DNA from: Owenia fusiformis | Lineage: Eukaryota | Length of the DNA stretch: 64,000 nt | Assembly (NCBI GenBank): GCA_903813345.2 | Contig: CAIIXF020000001.1 | Coordinates: 10,168,001-10,232,000 of the forward strand | Direction of reading: 5' to 3' | Part shown: piece after piece, positions 24,401 to 36,400 of the stretch | Numbering within the stretch: the first letter of the stretch is position 1 | Layout of the letters: each line of letters starts with the position of its first letter | Notes under the pieces: model-generated | Databases searched by the model: none | What the model saw: the letters and a program-made list of their open reading frames with translations, nothing else | Told to the model about the DNA's origin: nothing | Made by a program: the position numbers and the translations under genes

Positions 24401-27400
24401 AGAAACTTGGAAACTGTCTGAAACAAAAATGTGAAGACGTTATCTCGCTAGTAGTTTTTACAGCTTAATTATATGTTCTTTTATGAGATAATTAAGGGGT
24501 AAATTAAATCTATAATTATAGTGTATGGAAGATCAAACTCCATAAGAAAGATTTTATTTATTGAGATGTCAACAGAAACATATTGTACATTGACAAGTGA
24601 AAAACTAAAAGAATCCTTTCCGCGTGGAGTGTGAGCCTTATATGGGAGGATAAACTAGGAGCCAACTTCTACATTAACAGTTTGTGATAGACTCAATAGA
24701 AAAGTCCAATTCACTTTCAATGGCCTTCCTAAACACCTAATAAATTAGCAAAGAAAATTTTATGTCTTAAGGTGTCAAACAATTTTCAATTTAGCGAGTG
24801 AAGAAACAGACAGAAATCAAACTAGCGATGAAAATAAGGGACGTTGTCCTATTTTATTTTGTTATGAAGAAGCTGTTTAGTGATGATTTTGGCCAAGAAA
24901 AGCATAAAATAGAAGTTGGAGGTCATTTAGAAACCAAATGTGGAATAATAAAAGTATGAAATAAAATATGGAAAATAAAATAATATCAATATGAAAAATT
25001 AAATGTTAGCAACAGCAAATCAACATTTTTAAAATTTCATCATACTGAGGAGACATTTGGGTGTTAAACGATAACAAAAGTAACTTCATTTTCCCCAACT
25101 GCCTCAATATTTAGATACCATCCCTAAGACATGTAATGTTCAAATTAAAACTGCTACTTAGTTGATCCTTGGAAGAATGAGGTTGAAAGTGCAGAATTCT
25201 GTTTGCTCAAAAAACAAAATTAGTGCTTTAATCAAGAGCTGTTTGGAACAAGAACAACACAATCAACTCTAGTTGCCACCCTAAACAACCAGTACAAAGG
25301 AGTAATTTTCTAATCTGGACGCTAAAGATCCTTCTTAGAGAGTTTCCTAGAGTCTCTTTATAACATTACAAACACACTTTGGCATGGTAAATAGACAAAT
25401 CACACCAAAGTTCAAGACTTAAATGTCTTTTTATTTTGTCTTAAAATTTTTCTCATGATTTCCGAATTGGTTTGAATTCTTGGTGAAGGGTCTGAGAAAA
25501 ACTTCACTAGTCCATGGATAAACTCATTAGTAAGGGACATTTTAACAAATTATAATGTTCTCTTTTTATTTCTGACCTCTCCAAAATGTCAATTCGCTAA
25601 AACACATTTAGACATTAAAAATACCATAATTCACTGGTTGTTCAAATTATAATTGCTTTTTATGTTTCTTTGTCACCAGCTTAAGTAAATATAACTTGTA
25701 TTGATTTGTCTAAAGCAAAACTGTGAAAGATGTTTTCTCAAAAATTAATGAAATAAAAGTTTTGTTAACAAAATTAATTCAAGTGTTATTGGCCATCATT
25801 TTCAATTGATAATGCATGAAAAAGGCATTGTAGATATAGTGTGACGGAGTGATTTTCATTTAGAATGCGGGACGCATTCTTTGGAGGAGAAGCAAATGTG
25901 ACGGAGTGATTTTCATGTTGTATTTTATAATTAATATCTTATACTTTTACTTTGTTTTTACTTTGTAAATTAATTAATGGAAACATGATACAAAAAGCAT
26001 TTAGATAAACAACAGGTCATGTAGTACACCTGGGATATCTCTGGTCAGTTTCTCACATTAAATATGCAATCATTACAATTGTTCAGAGCATCTTCAGACT
26101 TACAAATGTTTCTTTAATTTACATTTAATTTACATTTCTATATCTTGGATTCTAATTAGGATTTGAAGCAGTCTTCCTATTGTTAAACTTTTTACATAAC
26201 AGATTTGAAGTGATCATGTGATGTCTGGTTTTGAAGAATATACTATATGCCATGTGAGATTTGGGACACTTTCGGCCTAGACTTCAAAAAGACATAACTA
26301 GATTTAGTGGGTAGCTTAGAAGTGAAAACAAGTGAAATAAATAAAAGATAGAAATTAAAACATCACACTTTTGTGTACAATTAATATAAAGAAAGCCCGG
26401 TCATATTTTGGTGGAGCTGCCTGAGGTTTAACAACAATGGATTTATCAATATTGGACAAATTCCATGGAAAATCAGAAGAAAACGTTATTATTTGGTTAA
26501 ACACTATTGACACATTCGCAAATTTAAAAAACTGGAACCAACAAAGAAAATGTAGTTTAATCCCACTTTTAGTCAAAGGAGAAGCAGCAAAATACTTTGA
26601 ACAATTAGAGGAAAATACAAAGAACGACTGGGAGGAATTGACGGAAGCACTTAAAGAAAGGTTCCCACCCAAACAATCGGAAAGATGGGAGTTGTTGGAT
26701 AAATTGGATACTCTCAAACAAAATGATATGTCTGTGGATGAATTTCACAGCAAGCTCATGTATTATACCAGTAGACTAAAAAAGGATGCTGAGGATGTTA
26801 AAGAACTCTTTGTCCAAGGATTGAATACATCTACAAAGAACTTTGTAAGGCTCAAAGAACCTGAAAATTTAGAACAAGCTGTTAAGTTCGCAAGGATTCA
26901 TAGCAACATGCCCCAAGATTCAGCGCCAGAGATGTTAGCAGCCTCGATTAAAATTCTCACGGATAAAGTCGATAAGCTATCCGTTGCTGCAGTCACAGTC
27001 GATGCCATGGGTCAACGCTATGCCAACAATAACCAGTTTCCAGTGCAACAAAGTGCCCAAAGACAGCAGAACCAGTATCAACCGCAGAATCAGTACCAAC
27101 CGCAAAAGCAGTATCAACCGCAGAATCCGTTTCAACAACAGAACCAATTTCCTGGGAATCAACAGTTTACGCAACAACAGAAACGGTATCCCCAACATGA
27201 CCAACAATTTATGCAGCAAAATTCATCAAGCAGAAACCAGTGTGAGAGGTGCGGTAAGTCAAACCACCTTTCATTAAATTGTTATGCTAGGTTTAAGCAG
27301 TGCTTTCAGTGTGGTCGCGGGGGGCATTATTCGTATATGTGTCGAAACGTTGCTAAATGAGGACTCGCGCCTGTTCCTCATAGGGATGGGCACCTTGAAA

Positions 27401-30400
27401 CTAAAGTTGACAATCAAAAGTTTAAACAAGTGAAAAGTGATAGTGGCAAGGTGGCCATCCCTGCAGTTCAATCAGTCAAGGTTAATTTGCAAAGATCAGT
27501 TTCAAACATAATTATTCATACAAACATAGTTGACAATAATATCAAAGCCTTGGTAGATACTGGTGCAGAACAATCCTGTATGAGATTAGCACTCTATGAA
27601 AAATTGAACTTGCACAAGAAATGTCCTATCAGTCCAACTAATATTGAGTTATATGGGGCTGGGGGAGAAACTCACAAGCTAGAAGTACTGGGTGTGGCAA
27701 ATGTTCCTCTAAAATTTGAAGAATTTGAGTACGTTCAACCAATGCATATCCTCAAAAGTGCAAATCATGATGTAATTTTAGGTGAGGACTTCTTCTCACA
27801 AAGTCAAGCACTCATAGACTTCACACAAAAAGTTGTCATTTTACAAAGGGGAGATCCTATTAAACATAGTACATATACTACTAATAAACCAAGACTAACA
27901 GCATGTGTAAATAATGTAGCTATTGGTAGTGGAGTACAAACATCAGGTATCAATCTAGAGAAATCTAAATTACCAGAAGGGGAAAAGGCAGAATTGATAA
28001 CTTTCATTGATAAAAATAAAGATGTCTTTTCTCAAAACATGAATGAGCTAGGCTGTGCAAATAGTACATATGAGCATGTTATAAGAACAAAATCAGATAA
28101 GCCAGTCCAGCAAAGATTCTATAGGTATTCTCAAGAACAGAAAAATGAAATTGACAAACAATGTGACCAAATGTTAGAATATGGAATAATTGAACATTCT
28201 GTGTCAGAATATGCTAGCCCTGTTGTGTTAGTGAAAAAGAAGTCAAATGAGTACAGGTTAGCAATAGACTACAGAAGGCTCAATAAAAACACAGAAGCAA
28301 TTCATTACCCTCTTCCACAATTAAATGACATTATAGATTGCATAGCGCATTCAAAAGCAACAATATTTTCAGTTTTGGACATGCATAGTGGGTTTTGGCA
28401 ATTACCTCTTAGTGAAAGCTCAAAGCATAAAACAGCATTTGTAACCCACAAGGGCAAATTTCAGTTCAACAGAATGCCTTTTGGACTCAAAAATGCACCA
28501 ATGTCATTTCAGAGGGTCATGAATGATGTTTTGAAAGGTCTTACTTGGGACTTTGTGTTGGTTTACTGTGACGACATAATTGTTTTCAGTAAAGACATGA
28601 AAGAGCATTTAAACCATTTAGACCAGGTATTCACAAGACTTAGAAAAGCAAATTTGAAGCTTAAACCCTCAAAATGTAAACTAGCACTGGAAAAGGTTGT
28701 TTATTTGGGTTTTGTCTTCACCAAAGAAGGTATAACAGTAGACAATGAAAAGATCAAGACAATTCTATCATACCCACAACCTACAAATGTCACAGAGGTA
28801 AGGGCATATTTGGGACTTTGTAACTTTTACCGCAGATTTGTTAAGGGTTTTAGTAACATAGTAGCCCCACTAAACAATCTTATGCGAAAAAATGTCGAGT
28901 TTGTTTGGGATGAACAATGTGAAAATGCATTTCAAGAATCAAAAATTATGTTGACTACAGAACCAGTGTTAGTATATCCTGACTTACAAAAGCTGTTCAT
29001 TATATCATGTGACGCTTCAGGTACAGCTATTGGTTACATATTAGGTCAAATAGACGAACAAGGGAGAGAGAGAGCAGTTAGCTATGGAGGTAGGTCACTC
29101 TCAACAGGAGAGAGAAAGTGGTCCATTACTGAGAGAGAATGCCTTGCTTTAATTGAAGCAATCAATGAATACCACATATACATAGCAAATGCACATTTTA
29201 TAGTTTACACTGATCACATCTCATTAAAGTACCTGCAATCAATTAAAGATCATACAGGTAGGCTAGGTAGGTGGTCAATCAAACTTCAAGCATATGATTT
29301 CACCATTGAGTTCAGGTGTGGCAAATCAAACTCAAATGCAGATGCATTAAGCCGGAGACCATATGAAGTAAATGAATGTAAACAAATGTGTCAACAAACC
29401 ACAACAATACAAACAGAGGACTCAGGTATTACACAAGACAACTGCACTGATGAATGGGTAGCTTATAGTATTCCAAGCCCTACTACAATGCAAACAGGTA
29501 ATATAGGGGCAGAAGGTCAAAATGTTAAGTGTCCAATAAGTGAATCAAAACAACAAACAGGTATGTGTAGTGACCTAAGTGCCCTAAGTTCAATATGTGA
29601 AATTACTCAATCATCAAATGAGGTGTTTCAAAATAAACAAAGACAAGATCCTCAGCTGCAAATGTACATAAAGTATTTAGAGCAGGATGAGTTACCAGAC
29701 AAAGAGAACTTAGCAAGAAAGGTAATACTTGAAAGTCAGGATTTTCTTATCAAAGATGGTATTCTATATCATATGTATTATCCAAGGGGAAAAGGTCATA
29801 AATCAGACAGAGTTGTAATACAATTAGCAATACCACAACAATTGAGAGAGGATGTTCTACAGTGTTATCATGACTCCTTAATGGGAGGGCATCAAGGTCA
29901 AGATAGGACATACAACACAATCAGGTACAAATATTACTGGCCAAAAATGTATTCTGACATAGAGAAATATGTAAAATCGTGTGAAATTTGTCAACAATCA
30001 AAAAGGTATCATGGCCAGAGAGCACCCTTACAACCATTACCAACAGGAAGTCTATTCAGTCGTGTCCACATGGATATACTAGGACCTATACACAAGGTAA
30101 ATGGATTTCAGTACATTCTTTTGATTGTAGACTCATTTTCGAAGTGGCCAGAAGCGGTAGCCTTGAAATCTATAGAGGCAACAGAGGTAGCCAGGGTATT
30201 GTTTACAGAATTCATATGTAGATATGGTTCCATGAAGACTTTAATTACAGATAGAGGCCAGAATTTCATGTCAAAAGTTATTCAAGAATTGTGTAGAATG
30301 TTTGGTATTGAACACAGGGCAACCTCAAGTTATCACCCTGAGACCAATTCAAGCTGCGAAAGGATGAACAGTACAATCAATCAAGCATTTAGGTGTTTTG

Positions 30401-33400
30401 TTGATAAACAACAATCTAATTGGCCACAACTTCTACCAGGTATTTTAGCCTCTTATAGGTTTTCACCAGCAACTGAGTCTACTGGGTATTCCCCTTACTA
30501 TTTGTTGTATGGTAAGGAACCCCTTATGCCACTAGATACTATGGTACCAGTAAGTATGGGACAAAGTACAGTCACAGACAGACTACAAGATATACAGACT
30601 AACTTAGAGGTAGCAAGGGATATAGCTAAAGAGAATCAAGAAGCTGCAAAGATAAAGACTAAAACCCAACATGATAAAAAGGCGAAACTACCACAGTTCA
30701 AGGTAGGTGATAGAGTATGGTTACATGTGCCTAAAACTCCAACAGGTCTAACACCTAAACATTGTAGAAAATATCAGGGTCCATATTACATTGTAAGGGC
30801 TAATGCTAACATGACATACAAACTAATAAGGTGTAGTGATGATCGTTTATTGAGATCTTTGGTACATGCAAATAGATTGAAGCCTTATGTAGATCCAGAG
30901 ACAAGACCAACAAATATACCAAGAGTTCAACAGGGACAGGTATTACAGGATGACAATCATATTGATCAAGGTAGTAGTAGTATTAGTGATAGTAGTAGTG
31001 AAAGTGATCAGCATCCACCTCAGGTACAAGAAGTTGAGCGACTCTTGGCATGTGGTAAACACAATGGAAAAAAGTGTTATAAGGTGAAGTGGCGTAATGA
31101 GAAAAAGAGTACATGGGAGTATGAAGAAAATATTCCAAGAAATTTAATAAGGGAATACCATATCACCAAAACAAACACTGGTAAAGTAAGGAAAAGGAAA
31201 ACTAGATAAGAAAGCAAATCGATACATCATGCATGCATTTAAGTCCCATATTAGTTAGTTGTTTGAGTAAGTACATGTAGGCATTATATGATGTATGATA
31301 TGGTATTGTAAAGAAACTATAGCAGTTTATTGTTTGATATATTCTATGGTACAAGTATACAGCACAGGTGAGGTATAAGAGATGATGCTATTAAATTAAG
31401 GTAAGGGTATCAGGTGTAAATGTAAAGATAAAAGAGTATTAAGTGAGAAATAATAAAGTAAATGCAATGTAATAAAGCAAGTGAAATGATAATAAAGCAA
31501 GTGAAAAATAAAGAGAATATCTGGTTCCAATCAAGAGGATTAAAACACAGGTCTATTTAATGTACAAGTAGATCTGCGGATCCCAGGAAGATCAAACCTT
31601 AAAGAAAAGGTTAACCTAGGACAGCGTGCGACCTAGTCTGAGTTATTTAATGGCTAAAACCCCACATTACAAATGCAGTAATAAGACGTTGTTATCTGTG
31701 TATGTAATTGTGTAGCCAGTGTCTTAACGTCTAATTAAAGGGGCAGGTAGTGGCTCACGAATGCGGCAACCCCACCTTGCTGTCATTTATACAGTAAGGT
31801 AAGTCCAAGTTCTGACATAAGCACGTAGTACATATAGTGTGTAGAAGTGTTAGTTAGAATAACATATGTAGTTCAAGTGAAAGTAAAACAAATGTAGTCC
31901 AAGTGAAAGTGAAAGAAATGTAGTTCAAGTGAAATCCTAATGAAAAAGGATAAGACAGTGAGCCAAAATAAAAGTGTCAATATTGCATGGCCAACCCTGC
32001 TAATATTTTTAAATGTCTTAACCTGTAAACTAATAAAGTGTTAGGATTATTTACTAATATTTAGTATAGTGCCTTCTGGTAAATATAGTTACTGGGTGCA
32101 AACTACTTCCTGGGAGCTAGACACTAATTGGGACCAGTTAATTTGAGAATGACAACTTATAATAATCTTAATTGTTCAAAATATATAATTAATTAATCCT
32201 AAATTAAATATCTATGTACAACTTAAATTGAATTCATGGACTGCTACAGTCAGTTTACATTGTTTAAGAAGTTCAATTGCAAGGGATTATTTGCCTTACT
32301 TCTCTTATACTTCATCAATGTGAGTTTCTCATTATTATTTAAATGTGCCAGACAAAGGTCATATACCAAAGCATTATGGTAGAGATAAAGTTTGCACAAA
32401 CAATTATGATGTGCATCATTAACAGTGTTTATAAACAAAACTTAGTAGAAAGGTAGGATTTAGTGCAAGTTACTTTTAACTAGATATGGTTATAATAGGC
32501 CATAAAAGATTTTTTTTCTCCTGTACATATGATTGTAATTTTTAACTCAAGAAAATACAGGATTGGATTGTGCCAAGTTGAAGTTTTTACTGGCAACAGA
32601 ATCATCACGTGAAATTCTGTACTGGTGCATAATGAGTGATCAATTACCTTTGTTGGTTGTTAATTACAGTTTGGGTATTTTCACAAAGAAATTGTCCTAT
32701 TTATAATTGTTTTATTGAGTTTAATAATTATTATGGTAGTTTATGATGATTTTAGTTAGATAAACAGTATGTAAATTGTAAAGTAGAGTATACAAATAGG
32801 TGTTTAAAAATATATATATATATGCGACCACTCTGAACACTAAATTGCTTAAAATAAGAATTGCTAGCAGACAATTTGAAAGTTGGTAGACTTATGGCCT
32901 CAAGAATTTATGGAGGAGTTATTAATCTTCTAATATGATGAATTTCTTGATTAATGAAAATGATGCTGAATTATATTAACTCTGATAGTGCAACAATTAA
33001 TATTATAAACAATGTGACTTTACTTCAGGAAGGAAGGACAATATGACACTCCTCATCTCCAGGCAATGACATCAACATTGGGCGATGACATCAACGTTGG
33101 ACGTTGATATAACATTTTACGTATTTTATACTTTGATAGAATTTAACATTACAGGTTATATATTTTTAACTTGGACTGATTAAACGGAGTGATTTTCATT
33201 TAGAATGCGGGACGCATTCTTTGGAGGAGAAGCAAATGTGACGGAGTGATTTTCATGTTGTATTTTATAATTAATATCTTATACTTTTACTTTGTTTTTA
33301 CTTTGTAAATTAATTAATGGAAACATGATACAAAAAGCATTTAGATAAACAACAGGTCATGTAGTACACCTGGGATATCTCTGGTCAGTTTCTCACATTA

Positions 33401-36400
33401 AATATGCAATCATTACAATTGTTCAGAGCATCTTCAGACTTACAAATGTTTCTTTAATTTACATTTAATTTACATTTCTATATCTTGGATTCTAATTAGG
33501 ATTTGAAGCAGTCTTCCTATTGTTAAACTTTTTACATAACAGATTTGAAGTGATCATGTGATGTCTGGTTTTGAAGAATATACTATATGCCATGTGAGAT
33601 TTGGGACACTTTCGGCCTAGACTTCAAAAAGACATAACTAGATTTAGCAGTAGATTAGAAGTGAAAACAAGTGAAATAAATAAAAGATAGAAATTAAAAC
33701 ATCACACTATTGTGAACATTTAATATAAAGAAAGCCCGGTCATAATAGCTTCAAGTTATTGATACCTAACAAGGCAACTACAAAACCCTAAACAAATAAC
33801 TATTTCCAAAGTTTATATATTTATTGGAAGAAAATTGTTTGAAACTCAACTCCAATATCTGTTAAGCCAATGCATTGTCATTTAACTCTCCGGTTTCTTT
33901 ACATCCAAGTGATACATTATACATGTTAAAAGAGCAAAATATATTGGGGAATGCTTTTTGTATTGTTACCTATATAACTGAGAGAGTATGGAGTGATTGA
34001 TTCCAGTTTCAAAGCGGTAGTAGTCAATCAATGTTTTACATATTGAGTGAAGCGAGGAACGGGGACACGATTGGGGAAAATGTTTAATCCTGACTCTGGA
34101 GACAAATGATGACAGGGTGGATAAGAATTAGCATAGGTTTCCGATGAAACCATACGTTATACGCTAGTTAATGGGGCCCTCCATGACAGTTACACATAAT
34201 CCAATAACACCACTAATCAAACCTATCACTCAACTAAGAGATTGCAAAGAAAAATACACATATAATAGCCTCACTGGTGGATTAGCGTGTTGATAGGCAT
34301 ATTAATATCGCCAATCACACACAACTAGTTAAAAAGAAATCAGTCATCGAAAGTTAATCACTAGTTACGGATAAAGGCTGTTTTTATACAATAAGAGTGT
34401 ATTATGGTTTGACCCTGGGTTAGAGGCTAGGATCCCTCCCTCCCCCAGCTCTAACTGCTGCTACATCTAACGGGAAATTGCAGGTGTGCTCAACACATCA
34501 CCTCATTAAACACACATCCCTTGGCGCAACAAACCACTCAGAAAATTGCTAATTTCAAAGTTAAGTTTATAAATTGCCGTTTTGGTCATCCTTTTTGCTG
34601 CTTATCTGCATCTATTCAGCTTTATGAGGAAATTATTCACCTAGTTCAATGTAGTTATTTCCCCATGCAGCCTGTATAGAGTGGCTATCTAATGGTGGGG
34701 GATAAATCAACTCCAAGTGACGGTATATCGCACCTTCGATCAACCAGCCGGCAAACACCTAAACCCCATTAGAAAGTCAAAATATCTGGTGTTATTTCAC
34801 GCTTTAGAAAGTGAGAAAATGGATTGAGAAAAAGTTATTAGAGTTGAAAAGGTGCTGAATGGCGAAATGAATGCGTATGATTTGAGCGTATATTGGCGTG
34901 AAATAACTCAGTGGCTCGGAATAACATTGTGCTCCATAGATGTTCAGTTGAGACAACTAAAGTGTATTGAGACACTGGTGTAGCTGTCACACAAGTTCAT
35001 ATTTCAAATTTTCATCAAGTCATCAACCCATAATGACATTGTGCGTCACTGAATATTTTGCGTCAATGGCAATCTTGGCTATGAATGAGCTGAATTCCAA
35101 TTCTAAACATGATACAATGGTAAATTATTTTTTGTAAGTGATTCCACATGACAAATTGGTATAAATTACATTGAAAAAACATTTGTCCACTCATGTATAT
35201 GTATCCGTAACCACCACACACATTGAGAAACTAACACACCGTAGTAGGTTTATTAGACAGTGAGACTCTTCGCTATATATATGACTCCCAGCTGCATCAA
35301 ACTTTCACTTTTTTCATGACTCGACTCCATAAATCAAATCATTAAAATTAATCTTTCATTTTTCAAATCTTTTTCAATGAACTCAGTTCAAGCATTATTT
35401 TTCAAATCTGATGATGTTTTTTAAGAAAATTGCTAAATTACATGTTGTTTGAATAGATTGTTGACTGAGGGAAACGGTAAGAGAACTAGAGAGTATGACA
35501 TTTTGATTGAACTTAACACTGTAAGCTGCGAGCCATCTGGGCCTTGGGGAGCTCTCAGTGGTTAAGTGTCAATACATCGCTGCTTTATCACCCCACAGGG
35601 GTCCCCCGTCCACAGTGCCTCTATCTAGGCGGAAAATTCACTGACAATCAGTGAATGGAGTCCTCTCTCACAACATAGACTCTATTCAGTTTCACGCTAT
35701 GATCCATTATGTCTCCACCATGGCTAAGCAAGCCAAACCAGGCAGAGAAAATTTGACTTTTGATGTTAAAAATTGATCCCTAGGGCGCAAAAACATCTCA
35801 ACGGGAGTTTAAAAAAGTTACCTTGAGAGAAATTAGCTAATTAAACAGTCAACCATACTGAATAAATGTTATCCTAATTTTTCATCAATATTATTTGAAG
35901 ATGATAAGAGAGTTGACAATGGACCATATTGCCCTCACGGTGGGATGTAGTTGCTAAGAAACAGGGCCAATTTGTAGTTAGGAGTCAAGCCAGAATGATG
36001 CCATCTGTCTCTATGGGGTCTACAATTAGCCAATACTACCTAAGAGTTGTCAAGTGGCTCTCGGCTTCACAGAAAAATGGGAAGAAGCATGTTTTAAAAG
36101 TAGATCCTACAAATCAGCAAACACTTGAAATAAACCAAGCCGAGATGTTGCTACTTTTTATCCTGAAAAGGCATGAATATTACATGTGATGTAGTGCTAA
36201 ATAACATGTCTTAAATGAAAGAATTGCCACTTTGCTTCTGTTATTTGATACTGGTATGAATAAATAAAATGGAAATAAAGAATAATCTACAATGCTGGCT
36301 GATCGTTTGAATATTAAAAATTATAATTTTTGGAATAAATTATATTTTATAGTTGATAAATAAAAGTTAATGAAAATATACTATGAATTATTTACCGTAT

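Larger units (their letters stand above)
25840..33744 (+). mobile_element. Full-length Ty3/Gypsy LTR retrotransposon inserted antisense in the first RNF220 coding intron
   Basis: Paired LTRs, 4-bp TSD ATAG (25836-25839 and 33745-33748), PBS, PPT, gag, and pol in PR-RT-RH-IN order. Confidence 0.97.

Noticed and set aside
31643-31685. Twister-ribozyme resemblance (TAAT..TTACAA..GCAGTA) in the Gypsy 3' region
   Set aside because: It lacks the conserved GAG and AAGCC pseudoknot elements; kept only as part of the general structured island.
31210-33180. Possible env or extra ORF between pol and the 3' LTR
   Set aside because: No ORF longer than 62 aa on either strand, and no signal-peptide or TM pattern; mostly AT-rich with short tandem repeats.
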